Under the pieces are notes generated by a model, which saw only the letters and a list, made by a program, of their open reading frames with translations, had not been told where the DNA came from and searched no databases. A program made the position numbers and the translations under genes. DNA of 62,412 nt, the filler included. It is 4 parts of 4 records of this genome, joined end to end, with 100 filler letters (N's around TTAATTAATTAA, not from the genome) between each part and the next. Parts side by side here need not be neighbours in the genome. Positions count along the whole stretch, not along the records: positions 17,709 to 38,471 come from DRR723986_5071; 3 more parts are not named here. One strand, written 5' to 3'. Every line of letters begins with the position of its first letter. The first letter of the stretch is position 1. This document shows, piece after piece, positions 22,409 to 32,206 of this stretch.

Positions 22409-23441
22409 ACGACGGTCCCATGTGCCCCTGCATCTGGCCATCCTCGCCCCTTTGGCGGCGGTCTTTGCGGCGTTGCTGCTGGCCTCTGGCCTCATTGCAG
22501 CTGCGGGGGTGAACCCGTTGACCGCCTATGGCGAGATGCTGCGGGGCGCGCTCGGGTCGCGGCTGTCGATCACCGAGATGCTGACCCGCGCGACGCCGCT
22601 TATCTTCACAGGCCTTGCCGCCGCTGTCGCCTTCCGCGCGCGGCTGTGGAATATCGGCGGCGAGGGGCAGTTCTTTGTCGGCGCTTTGGTGACGGCGTGG
22701 ATCGGCCATTCGCTCGGGCTTCCGGGCTGGATCGGTGTGCCGCTTTTGATGCTGGCGGGCATGGCCGCAGGGGCCGCGCTGCTGGCAGGGCCTGCATTCC
22801 TGCGGCTCCGCTTCGGGGTGGATGAGGTGGTGACGACGCTGCTGCTCAATTTCATCGTGATCCTGTTCGTGGGTCTGATGATCGAGGGCCCCCTGCGCGA
22901 TCCGCTGGCCTTTGGCTGGCCGTCTTCCGTGCCGGTGGACGGCGATTTCCGCCTGCCCGACCTTGTGCCGCGCACGCGTCTTCATATCGGGTTGCTCTTT
23001 GCCATCGGGGCCGCCGGGGCGGTTTGGCTGGTGCTGGCGCGCACGGTCTTCGGGGCGGAAACGCGGGCGGCTGGCCTCAATGCCTCGGCCGCGGCATTCG
23101 CGGGCATCTCGTTGCCAAGGACGATCATGGGCGTGGCGTTGCTGTCTGGCGCGCTGGCGGGCCTTGCCGGGTCGGTCGAGGTCATGGGCGTCACGGCGGG
23201 CGTCACCACCACGATGAGCCCCGGTTTCGGCTATGCCGGTATCGTCGTTGCGATGCTGGCGGCGCTGCACCCTGCGGGCGTCGTTGCCGCTGCTGTCTTT
23301 GTCGCCACCGTCTTCGTCGGTGCCGACGCCATGAGCCGCGCAACCGGCGTTCCCAGCTTCATCGCCGATGTGATCGTGGCGCTGTGCCTGTTGACAATGA
23401 TCGTGGCCCTTCTGTTCACAACCTACCGGGTGCGCCGATGA
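22398..23441 (+). CDS. Nucleoside-type ABC permease
   Basis: WNIGGEGQ, EVVTTLLLN, GFGYAGIVVA; ATG 22398 after GGAGG. Confidence 0.9.
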   Translation: MRLERRSHVPLHLAILAPLAAVFAALLLASGLIAAAGVNPLTAYGEMLRGALGSRLSITEMLTRATPLIFTGLAAAVAFRARLWNIGGEGQFFVGALVTAWIGHSLGLPGWIGVPLLMLAGMAAGAALLAGPAFLRLRFGVDEVVTTLLLNFIVILFVGLMIEGPLRDPLAFGWPSSVPVDGDFRLPDLVPRTRLHIGLLFAIGAAGAVWLVLARTVFGAETRAAGLNASAAAFAGISLPRTIMGVALLSGALAGLAGSVEVMGVTAGVTTTMSPGFGYAGIVVAMLAALHPAGVVAAAVFVATVFVGADAMSRATGVPSFIADVIVALCLLTMIVALLFTTYRVRR

Positions 23442-24379
23442 CTGATGCGATTGACCTGCTGCTGAACACGAGCCTCTGGGCGGCCGTCCTGCGCCTTGCC
23501 ACGCCGTTGATCTTCGGTGTCCTCGGGGCGCTGCTCTGCGAACGCTCGGGCGTTCTGAACCTCGGGATTGAAGGCATCATGACCATGGGCGCCATGAGCG
23601 GCTGGCTGGCCGTCTACATGGGCGCGCCGTTGCTGGTCGGGCTGATGGTGGCCGCCTTGTGTGGCGCTCTGATGGGGCTGCTGCACGCGGCGCTTACGGT
23701 GCCGCTTGGCCTGTCGCAGCATGTGTCGGGGCTTGGCATCACGCTCTTTGCCTCGTCGCTGGCCTATTACCTTTACCGGCTGATCGTGGTGGTGGGGGAA
23801 ACCCCGCCCGCGATCGAGGCGTTCCAGCCGCTGGACCTGCCCATCCTGTCGGACCTGCCGGTGATCGGACCGATCCTGTTTTCACAAAGCGTGCCGACCT
23901 ATCTGGCGCTGTTATCCGTTGCGGTCATGGCCTATGTGCTGGCGCGGACACCGCTTGGGCTGGCCATTCGCATGACCGGCGAGAACCCCCACGCGGTCGA
24001 GGCGCAGGGGCTGAACCCGATCCGCATCCGCATTGGCGCGGTGGTGGCGGGGTCCGCCTTGATGGCCGTTGGCGGGGCCTTCCTGACCACCGCGGCGTTC
24101 AACAGCTTTTTCCCCGGCATGGTGCAGGGACGCGGCTGGATCTGCATCGCGCTTGTGGTTTTCGCCAGTTGGCGGCCGGGCAAGGCGCTGGTGGGGGCGT
24201 TGCTGTTTGCGTTCTTCGACGCCTATCAGCTGCGCCTGCAAACCGCGATCGAGGGTGTGCCCTATCAGCTGTTCCTGATGGCGCCCTATGTGCTGTCGAT
24301 CGTGGCGCTGATCCTGGTCGCACGCCGGGCAGAAGTGCCGGCCGCCCTGATGGCGCCCTACCGGCGCGGTGAACGCTAA
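23438..24379 (+). CDS. Nucleoside-type ABC permease
   Basis: ERSGVLNLGIEG, GRGWICIALV; ATGA overlap with the previous gene. Confidence 0.9.
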   Translation: MTDAIDLLLNTSLWAAVLRLATPLIFGVLGALLCERSGVLNLGIEGIMTMGAMSGWLAVYMGAPLLVGLMVAALCGALMGLLHAALTVPLGLSQHVSGLGITLFASSLAYYLYRLIVVVGETPPAIEAFQPLDLPILSDLPVIGPILFSQSVPTYLALLSVAVMAYVLARTPLGLAIRMTGENPHAVEAQGLNPIRIRIGAVVAGSALMAVGGAFLTTAAFNSFFPGMVQGRGWICIALVVFASWRPGKALVGALLFAFFDAYQLRLQTAIEGVPYQLFLMAPYVLSIVALILVARRAEVPAALMAPYRRGER

Positions 24380-25047
24380 TCGCCGAAGCGCTCGTCCATG
24401 GCCACCATGGTGTGTTCCAAACCGCTGCGGATATGGGTTTCCAGAATGGCCTGCGCAGTGGCGGAATCGCGGGCAAGGGCGGCTTCGAACATCTGCCGAT
24501 GTTCACGCGCTGCGACATCGCCACGATAGGTCAGGACCAGCATCTGATAGCGCAGGTATTTGTCAAACAGCGTGGCGTGCAGGGACAGGAGGTTCTTCGA
24601 ATTGCACGCCTCGATCATCGCAAGGTGAAATTCCCAGTCGTAGCGCTTCCACTGTTCCTTGTTGGTTTCGTCCCCTGACATCATCTGCTTTTCCATCAGG
24701 TGCAGCTTGTGGTGGGCGGCTACCAGGTTGCCCTCCCAATCCGCATCGCCGTTTTCAATCGAGGCCTTGAGCGCGCTGCATTCCAGCAAAACCCGCAGAT
24801 CCGCGATCTCGATCAGATCTTCACGCGACACCGGCGTCACGAAGAACCCGCGCTGTTCTTCGGCGGCAACAAAGCCTTCGCTGGCCAGTCGGTTCAGCGT
24901 TTCGCGCAAGGTGGACACGCTGGCGGCATAGCGCGATTTCAGCGGCTCCAGCTTCAGCTTCGATCCCGGCGCCAAGCGTCCGAAAATGATATCGCGTTTG
25001 ATCGCGTCATAGGTGGTTGAGCCAACCGTGCTCAGGGACTTCACCAT
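24376..25047 (-). CDS. GntR/FCD-family transcriptional regulator
   Basis: HTH SVSTLRETLNRL, QRGFFV, FCD domain FH...H; ATG 25047 after GGAG. Confidence 0.92.
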   Translation of the reverse strand: MVKSLSTVGSTTYDAIKRDIIFGRLAPGSKLKLEPLKSRYAASVSTLRETLNRLASEGFVAAEEQRGFFVTPVSREDLIEIADLRVLLECSALKASIENGDADWEGNLVAAHHKLHLMEKQMMSGDETNKEQWKRYDWEFHLAMIEACNSKNLLSLHATLFDKYLRYQMLVLTYRGDVAAREHRQMFEAALARDSATAQAILETHIRSGLEHTMVAMDERFGD

Positions 25048-25138
25048 ACCGATCTCCTGCCCGGTATTCCATTGTATTGCCGACAAGTAGCAACTTGTCT
25101 GACCGGCTTCAATCTAGGAGCATTTTTTACGTTTTGCA

Positions 25139-25182
25139 AAATATCATATATTATTGATTTCATCTGCTAGTATGTCTATTGT
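25139..25182 (+). promoter_or_regulatory. Candidate operator AAATATCATATATT next to a sigma70-type promoter
   Basis: Dyad AATAT-CAT-ATATT, then TTGATT (25154)-N17-TATTGT (25177); same motif at 33259. Confidence 0.65.
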
Positions 25183-25308
25183 CGATTCGACAGATGAAGC
25201 CTGAGGCAAGACGACCTCATACCAGACCGGGACAGAACCGAACGTGACCAAGACGGCCCACACACAGACCATCTGCAACGGTTGCCCTGGCATCGGGCGT
25301 TCAAAGCC

Positions 25309-26385
25309 ATGAGCGCTTCGACACGTATCGCGATTGTCGGCGCGGGGCTGGTAGGACGGCGTCACGCAGAGGCCATCTGGCGCAACCCGCACGCAGATGT
25401 GTCTGCCATCGTCGACCCGAGTGACGAGGGCCGCCGGTTCGCGGCGGAACATGGCATTGCCTGCCACAGCAACCTCGCAGAGCTTTTTGCCACCGACCAT
25501 CCCGATGGGGTCATTCTGTCTACCCCGACGCCGCTGCACGTGGATCAGGGGTTGGACTGCGTCCGCAACCGCTGTGCCTTGCTGGTCGAGAAACCCATTT
25601 CGAACAGTGCTGAAGACGCGATGCAGCTGGTTCTTGCCGCCGAGCGTGCCAATGTACCGCTGTTGGTGGGCCATCACCGCCGCCATAATCCGCTTATCCA
25701 GAAGGCCAAGCAGATTATCGAGAGCGGGGCCGTCGGTGACATCCGCGCCGTGCATTCGCAGTGCTGGTTTTACAAGCCGGACCACTACTTTGACATCGCG
25801 CCGTGGCGCACCCAGAAGGGCGCCGGGCCGGTCTCGGTCAATCTTGTCCATGATGTCGACTTGCTACGCCATCTTTGTGGAGAGATCGTCAGCGTTCAGG
25901 CGCAAGTGGCACCCTCAAGCCGAGGGTTTGCCAATGAAGAGGTCGCAGGCGCAGTCTTGCGCTTTGACAATGGCGCAATCGGCACATTGACACTGTCTGA
26001 CGGGATCGTCGCTCCCTGGAGCTGGGAACTGACCGCGCGCGAACATCCGGTTTATCCCGCCACGTCCCAAAGTTGCTATCTCATCGGCGGCAGTGAGGCA
26101 TCGCTATCCCTGCCCGATTGCACGTTGTGGAACCAGAACGGCAAGCGGGACTGGTGGGAGCCGATCAACGCCACAACGATTGCGCGGCCGTCATCGGACC
26201 CGCTCGACAACCAGATCGCGCACTTCCTTTCGGTCATCGCGGAAGAGGCCGCACCGCTGGTATCAGGCCGGGAAGGCACCAAAACACTCAGCGTGATAGA
26301 AGCGATCCAGAAATCCGCACGGACCGGACAGGCGGAAACACCGCTGAATTTCGAAGACGCACCCTCGGTCGAGGTGGCGATATGA
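25309..26385 (+). CDS. Gfo/Idh/MocA-family NAD(P) oxidoreductase
   Basis: GAGLVG, LVEKP, VGHHRRHNP, HDVD. Confidence 0.92.
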   Translation: MSASTRIAIVGAGLVGRRHAEAIWRNPHADVSAIVDPSDEGRRFAAEHGIACHSNLAELFATDHPDGVILSTPTPLHVDQGLDCVRNRCALLVEKPISNSAEDAMQLVLAAERANVPLLVGHHRRHNPLIQKAKQIIESGAVGDIRAVHSQCWFYKPDHYFDIAPWRTQKGAGPVSVNLVHDVDLLRHLCGEIVSVQAQVAPSSRGFANEEVAGAVLRFDNGAIGTLTLSDGIVAPWSWELTAREHPVYPATSQSCYLIGGSEASLSLPDCTLWNQNGKRDWWEPINATTIARPSSDPLDNQIAHFLSVIAEEAAPLVSGREGTKTLSVIEAIQKSARTGQAETPLNFEDAPSVEVAI

Positions 26386-26506
26386 CAAGTGAACGCAGAC
26401 AAGAGAACCTTTCAGAACCCCGCAAGCGGAGCCTATCGGCCCGCTGCGGGCACACGACCCCAAACCGCTGACAATCCAGCAAAACCAGTGTCAGGGAGGA
26501 CACATC

Positions 26507-27520
26507 ATGAAACTGAACATCACACGCAGAGCCGCCATGTCGGCAACCCTTGCAGCGGGCCTTCTGGCCAGCGTCTCGGGCGCCGCCTTCGCAGATGGCC
26601 ACATGATCCAGCTGCGGCTGTCCATGTCCGGGTCGGAAACCGATCAGCGTTCCGTGGCCATGGCAGAAGTCTTCGGTCCCGCCGTGTCCGGATTCGCCAG
26701 CTACGAACCGGCCTATAACGCGACGCTCTTCGCGCAGGGCACCGAACTGGAAGCCATCAGCCGGGGCAACCTTGAAATGTCGATCACCTCGGCCCAGGAA
26801 CTGGCGCAGTTCTTCCCCGAGTTCTCGATCTTCACCGCGGGCTATGTCCATCAGAACGCAGCCCATCAGGTTGCCGTCTTCAACGATCCGCTGTTTGAGC
26901 CGTTCAACCAGCGGGTGATCGACGATCTTGGCGTCCGCCTGCTGTCGGTCATGTATCTGGGCCGTCGTCAGGTGAACCTGCGCCAGACCCGCGAAGAGCT
27001 GGAGGTGATGACCCCCGCCGATCTGGCCGGTGTGAACCTGCGGATGCCGGGCACCGACGCATGGCAGTTCCTGGGCCGCGCCCTGGGGGCCAGCCCGACG
27101 CCGATGTCCTTCAGCGAGGTCTATACCGCTCTGTCGACCGGCGCTGTTGACGGGCAGGATAACCCGCTGCCGACCGTTGTCGATGCGCGCTTCTACGAAG
27201 TGACCAACCAGATCGTTCTGACCTCGCATCTTGTGGACCTGAACTATATCGCCATTTCCGAAGCTGTCTGGCAGAGCATGGATGCCGACCAGCAGGCGAT
27301 TGTGCAGCAAGCGGCAGATGACGCAGCCGAACTTGGCCGCCAGCGTCAGCTGCAACTGGAGGACGAACTTGTCGCCTTCCTCGAAGAGCAGGGTATGGAA
27401 GTCTACGAGCCCGATCTGGCCGCCTTCCGCAATCAGGTGCAGGCGATGTATCTTGAGAGCGAATTCGCCGAGACCTGGCCCGAAGGCGTACTTGAACAGA
27501 TCAACGCGCTCGGCAACTGA
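26507..27520 (+). CDS. dctP: TRAP transporter solute-binding protein (DctP)
   Basis: Signal peptide, NLRMPG, FSEVYTALSTGAVDGQDNP. Confidence 0.92.
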   Translation: MKLNITRRAAMSATLAAGLLASVSGAAFADGHMIQLRLSMSGSETDQRSVAMAEVFGPAVSGFASYEPAYNATLFAQGTELEAISRGNLEMSITSAQELAQFFPEFSIFTAGYVHQNAAHQVAVFNDPLFEPFNQRVIDDLGVRLLSVMYLGRRQVNLRQTREELEVMTPADLAGVNLRMPGTDAWQFLGRALGASPTPMSFSEVYTALSTGAVDGQDNPLPTVVDARFYEVTNQIVLTSHLVDLNYIAISEAVWQSMDADQQAIVQQAADDAAELGRQRQLQLEDELVAFLEEQGMEVYEPDLAAFRNQVQAMYLESEFAETWPEGVLEQINALGN

Positions 27521-27555
27521 TCGGCTGACACAGGTTCCGTTCCGGAGGAAACCCC

Positions 27556-28119
27556 ATGCTGGACAAACTTCGCAAGTGGTTCACCCACGGAACGGAATTC
27601 ATCGCCGCGATGATGCTCGCGGCGATGTTCCTGACCTTCCTGATTCAGATCTTTTCACGCTACGTGATGCAGGCCCCGTTCGGCTGGACGCTGGAATTGT
27701 GCCTGATCCTGTGGGTCTGGATCGTCTTCTTCGGCTGCGCCTTCATCGTGAAGGAGCGCGACCACGTTACGTTTGACATCTTTTACCTCTCAGGCGGGCG
27801 CAAGACACGTCAGGTTCTGGCGCTTGCTGCGGCTGCCGCCATCGTCATCGGCATGGGCATCTCGTTCCTGCCAACATGGGACTATATCGACTGGATGCGG
27901 ATGCGCCGCACCTCGACCTTGGAAAACCCATTTACCGGCGACCGTATCCCACTGCGCACGATCTTTTCCATCTATGCCATCTTTCTGATCGCGATCATCG
28001 CCCGCTATGCTTGGCGTTTCATCGACGTGCTGCGCAACGGCCCGCCCGACGATGACCACGAAATACCGGGGCACGATCCCGAGCCGCCGCACATCCGCCA
28101 TGGGGAGGACGCGACATGA
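27556..28119 (+). CDS. dctQ: TRAP small permease (DctQ)
   Basis: Four TM segments, WTLE, HVTFD. Confidence 0.9.
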   Translation: MLDKLRKWFTHGTEFIAAMMLAAMFLTFLIQIFSRYVMQAPFGWTLELCLILWVWIVFFGCAFIVKERDHVTFDIFYLSGGRKTRQVLALAAAAAIVIGMGISFLPTWDYIDWMRMRRTSTLENPFTGDRIPLRTIFSIYAIFLIAIIARYAWRFIDVLRNGPPDDDHEIPGHDPEPPHIRHGEDAT

Positions 28120-29405
28120 GCTTCGAGCTTGCCTCCTGCCTTGTCACCCTGTTCGTTCTTGCTGGCATCGGGACACCGATTGGCTATTCGATCATCCTCG
28201 CCTCGCTGGTCTATCTAGGCTTTTCCGGTCTCGATCTGGCTCTGGCCGGTGAAAAAATCCTGCAAGGGCTCTATCGCAGCTTCATCCTGCTGGCCGTGCC
28301 GCTGTTCATCGTCGCCGCCAATATCATGAATGCGGGCACGATCTCGGACCGGTTGTTGCAATTCTGCGTGGCGGCCGTGGGCCGGTTCCGGGGCGGCTTG
28401 GGCCATGTGAACGTAGTGGCGTCCCTGATCTTTTCCGGCATGTCCGGGTCAGCCGTCGCGGATGCCGCCGGCATTGGCAAAATCATCATCCAGATGATGA
28501 CCAAGGGCGGGCGCTATGCGCCGGGCTATGCCGCCGCGATCACCGCTGCCTCTGCCACCATCGGGCCGATCATTCCGCCCTCGATTCCCATGGTGCTCTA
28601 TGCGCTGGTGTCGAATTCCTCCATCGGGGCGCTGTTTCTGGCTGGCATCGTGCCGGGCCTGATCATGGGCGTCGTGCTGATGGCGATGAACTATTACATC
28701 TCGGCCAAGCGCGGCTTTGCACTGGAAGAACCGGTGCCGCTGAAGCAATTGCCCCGGCACACCGCCAATGCCTTCCCTGCCCTCTTGATGCCGGTCATCC
28801 TGCTCTATGGCATCTATGGCGGCGTCACGACACCGACCGAGGCCGCCGCCGTCGCCGCGCTGTACGCGCTGCTTCTGGCCGGGCTGTTCTACCGCGCCCT
28901 GTCGCTGCGCTCGCTCTATTCCATCTTCGTCGAAAGCGCCCGGTCCTCTGCCGCAGTGGGCCTAGTGATTGGCGGCGCGCTGATCCTGAACTTCGTGGTG
29001 GTGTCGGAAAACATCCCGGCCATGGTTGCGACGTCTCTGGTCGGGATCGACATTCATCCGCTGGTGTTCCTGCTGATGGTCAATCTGCTGATCCTCGGCC
29101 TTGGCTGTGTGCTGGACGCCACGACGATCATCCTAGTGATTGTGCCGCTGTTCATCCCCACCTGCCGAGAGCTTGGGATCGACCTGGTGCATTTCGGGGT
29201 TCTGGTTGTGGTGAACTCGATGATCGGGCTGATCACGCCGCCCTATGGGATCCTGCTGTTCGTGATCAATGCGGTGACGGGTATTCCACTGAAAGAGATC
29301 ATCGGGGAAATCTGGGCGTTTCTTGCGGTTCTGATTGGTGCCCTTCTGTTGTTGATCATGTTCCCTGATCTCGTGCTCTTCCTGCCAAGGCTTCTTGGCT
29401 TCTGA
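28116..29405 (+). CDS. dctM: TRAP large permease (DctM)
   Basis: SGSAVAD, IIPPSIP, TPTEA, ITPPYG. Confidence 0.95.
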   Translation: MSFELASCLVTLFVLAGIGTPIGYSIILASLVYLGFSGLDLALAGEKILQGLYRSFILLAVPLFIVAANIMNAGTISDRLLQFCVAAVGRFRGGLGHVNVVASLIFSGMSGSAVADAAGIGKIIIQMMTKGGRYAPGYAAAITAASATIGPIIPPSIPMVLYALVSNSSIGALFLAGIVPGLIMGVVLMAMNYYISAKRGFALEEPVPLKQLPRHTANAFPALLMPVILLYGIYGGVTTPTEAAAVAALYALLLAGLFYRALSLRSLYSIFVESARSSAAVGLVIGGALILNFVVVSENIPAMVATSLVGIDIHPLVFLLMVNLLILGLGCVLDATTIILVIVPLFIPTCRELGIDLVHFGVLVVVNSMIGLITPPYGILLFVINAVTGIPLKEIIGEIWAFLAVLIGALLLLIMFPDLVLFLPRLLGF

Positions 29406-29423
29406 GGCTGAAAGACACATACC

Positions 29424-31316
29424 ATGCCGCTTTCCATCGCCACCTCTGCCGTGCCGGGTGACTTGCCGCAGAAGCTGGAGGCCATTGCTGCGGCCGGTTT
29501 CGCGGGCGTTGATCTGGCCGAAGCGGATTTCACCGGGTTCGACGGCACCGCCAGCGATCTGGCAGAGGTTGTTGCCGGGCACGGGCTGATCCTGACGGCG
29601 CTCAGCCCTTTCGACGGGCTGGACGGGTTACAGGGACCGGACCGCGCCCGCGCCTTTGATCGGCTTGAACGGGTGTTCGACCGGATGGAGATGCTGGGAA
29701 CCGGCCTGTTGGTTCTGCGCGCCTCGTCCCACCCCGAGGCTGATCCAAAGCGCGACAGGGTGCAGGAGGATCTGAGCGAGCTTGCCACCCGCGCCAAGGC
29801 GCGCAAGCTTCGGGTCGCCTATCAAGCGCTGCCCTGGGCGCGCACACTGACACGCGAAACCGATGCCGCCGAGGTGATTGCAGAGATCGGCAACCCGGCG
29901 CTCGGGCTTGGCCTGAACAGCCTCTATTCACTTGCCGATGGCTCTCGTCCGGCGCGGCTTGGCGGAATTGAAGGCGATCAGATCTTTCACGTTCAGCTGT
30001 CGGACGCGCCCAGACTGGACATGGGGCTGCGCTATCTGGCGCACCACTATCAGATGCTGCCGGGTCAGGGAGATCTGAATCTTGCGGGCTTCGTTCGGGT
30101 GCTGGCGCGGGCGGGGTATGCTGGCCCTTGGTCAATGGACACCGCCAATGATTTAACCACCCGCAACGGCCCGATTGCCGTCGCTTCTGATGCCTATAGG
30201 GCGCTCGTCAACTTGCTGGACGAGGTCGAAGGCCCCGAACCGGGCATGGAATTTGACATTCCCGCCCTTCCCAAACGGGTTCGCGCAACGGGATTCGAAT
30301 TCATCGAGTTTGCCGCCGATGACCGCAACGCTGAAGACCTGCGCGCCACCCTGCGATCCATGCGGTTCCGGCGTGAACGCAAGCACCGGACCAAATCGGT
30401 CGAGCTGTGGCGCCAAGGCGCGGTGAACATTGTCATCAACACCGAACAAAGCGGTTTCGCCCATTCCGCCTTTCTCGCCCATGGCCCCACCGTCTGTGAC
30501 ATGGGCCTGCGCGTGGAGGATGCGGCGATGACCGCCAAACGTGCCACCGGACTTGGCGGAGCGCTGTTTTCGCAACCCGTCGGGGCGGGAGAACTGGATA
30601 TTCCGGCGGTGCGCGGTGTCGGCGGTAACGTGGTGCATTTCATCGACGAAAAGTCCGACCTTCACCGGGTCTGGGACATCGAATTTCTGCCCGCTACGCG
30701 GACAGAGGCCACCCAACCCGCCGGTCTTCGGCGGATCGATCATTTGGCTCAGACCATGCGTCACGAGGATATGCAAAGCTGGCTTTTGTTCTATCTCTCG
30801 ACCTTCGAGATGCAGAAATCTGCAGTCGTAGATGTGCACGACCCCGCCGGTCACGTCCATTCGCAGGCGATCCAGACACCCGAGGGCGAAATACGGCTCA
30901 ACCTGAACGGCACGGAGCCGGGAAAGACCGTTGCAGGGGCCTTCATCGCCGACAAGTTCGGGGCCGGTGTGCAGCATATCGCGCTGCTGAGCGACGATAT
31001 TTTTGAAACGTCGGATCTTTTGGCAACGTCCGGGTTTCAGCGGTTGACCATCCCCGCCAACTACTATGCCCATATCCAGTCGAAATACGATCTGAACGAA
31101 GATCTGGTGGCCCGCATGCAGGCGGGAAACATCCTTTATGCCCGAAATGACGGGGGCGAGTATTTTCAGATCTACAGCCTGCCGATCCTTGGCGGATTCT
31201 TCTTCGAGATCGTCGAACGGCGCAATGGCTATGCGGGCTATGGCGCCAGAAACGCCCCCGTGCGCATCGCCGCACAAAGCCGTCTGCTGCGCCCTGCCGG
31301 GATGCCGCTACGATGA
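29424..31316 (+). CDS. QuiC-like TIM-barrel/HPPD-like fusion with degenerate dehydroshikimate-dehydratase site
   Basis: QuiC architecture; HPPD-like half keeps IDH, VQH, FFE; N-domain has YQALPW, LNSLY, SMD where the family has YEALAW, LDSFH, SLE. Confidence 0.85.
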   Translation: MPLSIATSAVPGDLPQKLEAIAAAGFAGVDLAEADFTGFDGTASDLAEVVAGHGLILTALSPFDGLDGLQGPDRARAFDRLERVFDRMEMLGTGLLVLRASSHPEADPKRDRVQEDLSELATRAKARKLRVAYQALPWARTLTRETDAAEVIAEIGNPALGLGLNSLYSLADGSRPARLGGIEGDQIFHVQLSDAPRLDMGLRYLAHHYQMLPGQGDLNLAGFVRVLARAGYAGPWSMDTANDLTTRNGPIAVASDAYRALVNLLDEVEGPEPGMEFDIPALPKRVRATGFEFIEFAADDRNAEDLRATLRSMRFRRERKHRTKSVELWRQGAVNIVINTEQSGFAHSAFLAHGPTVCDMGLRVEDAAMTAKRATGLGGALFSQPVGAGELDIPAVRGVGGNVVHFIDEKSDLHRVWDIEFLPATRTEATQPAGLRRIDHLAQTMRHEDMQSWLLFYLSTFEMQKSAVVDVHDPAGHVHSQAIQTPEGEIRLNLNGTEPGKTVAGAFIADKFGAGVQHIALLSDDIFETSDLLATSGFQRLTIPANYYAHIQSKYDLNEDLVARMQAGNILYARNDGGEYFQIYSLPILGGFFFEIVERRNGYAGYGARNAPVRIAAQSRLLRPAGMPLR

Positions 31317-32206
31317 CCCAGAAGAAAACCATGACGGCCGGGTTGATCGGGCATGGGATCGCCGGGTCGCTCACGCCTTCGATGCACGAGGCCGAAGGGC
31401 GCGCGCATGGCCTCGACTATCGCTATACCCGGCTGGACACCGCCCTGCCCCCTTATCGCGGTCAAAGCCTTGCCCAAATGCTGGATGAGGCTGAACGCGC
31501 CGGTTTCCGGGGCCTGAACATCACCCACCCGTTCAAGGTTCAGGTTCTGCCCCTGCTGGACCAGCTATCGCCAGAAGCCAAGGCCATCGGCGCGGTGAAT
31601 ACGGTTCGGTTCCATGATGGTCAGCGTATCGGACACAACACCGACATTGGCGGCTTCACCACCGCCTTTCGCACGGCGCTGCCGGGTGTGGGCATGGATC
31701 ACGTTCTGTTGCTTGGGGCCGGCGGCGCGGGCGCTGCGGTGGCCCATGCGCTGATTGCGCTTGGCGCGCGGGCGCTGTCGGTGATCAGCAAGGATTCCGA
31801 ACAGACGCGGGGATTGCTGGAAACGCTCGGCGTACTTTACCCCGGTTGTCACCTGCGGGCGTTGAACGGGCTGGACAAGGCAGCGGTGCAGGACGTGCAG
31901 GGTGTGGTCAATGCAACCCCGATGGGAATGGATGCCTATCCCGGCACGGCCATTGACGCAGATCTGCTACGCCCTGACATGTGGGTGTCGGATATAGTAT
32001 ATTTTCCGCTGGAAACTGAGCTATTACGGAAAGCACAAGCCACCCGGTGCCGGACCATGTCCGGGGCTGGAATGGCCATTCATCAGGCCGCTCTGGCCTT
32101 TCAGATCATCACCGGGCGCACGGCAGATGCCAACCGCCTGAGCGCCGAATTCGACAGGCTGACAACGCCTGACCCGATCAAAACAGCATCGTCAGGATAC
32201 CCTTAG
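31313..32206 (+). CDS. aroE: Shikimate/quinate dehydrogenase (AroE family)
   Basis: SLTP, NITHPFK, GAVNT, GHNTD, GAGGAG, DIVY. Confidence 0.9.
   Translation: MTQKKTMTAGLIGHGIAGSLTPSMHEAEGRAHGLDYRYTRLDTALPPYRGQSLAQMLDEAERAGFRGLNITHPFKVQVLPLLDQLSPEAKAIGAVNTVRFHDGQRIGHNTDIGGFTTAFRTALPGVGMDHVLLLGAGGAGAAVAHALIALGARALSVISKDSEQTRGLLETLGVLYPGCHLRALNGLDKAAVQDVQGVVNATPMGMDAYPGTAIDADLLRPDMWVSDIVYFPLETELLRKAQATRCRTMSGAGMAIHQAALAFQIITGRTADANRLSAEFDRLTTPDPIKTASSGYP

Noticed and set aside
25244-25312. 22-codon GTG uORF (VTKTAHTQTICNGCPGIGRSKP) overlapping the dehydrogenase start
   Set aside because: Weak RBS and a length expected by chance; needs conservation or Ribo-seq evidence.
30270-31316. True 4-hydroxyphenylpyruvate dioxygenase
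   Set aside because: It is the C-terminal domain of a QuiC-type fusion and ends GYGARN, with no tyrosine catabolism genes nearby.
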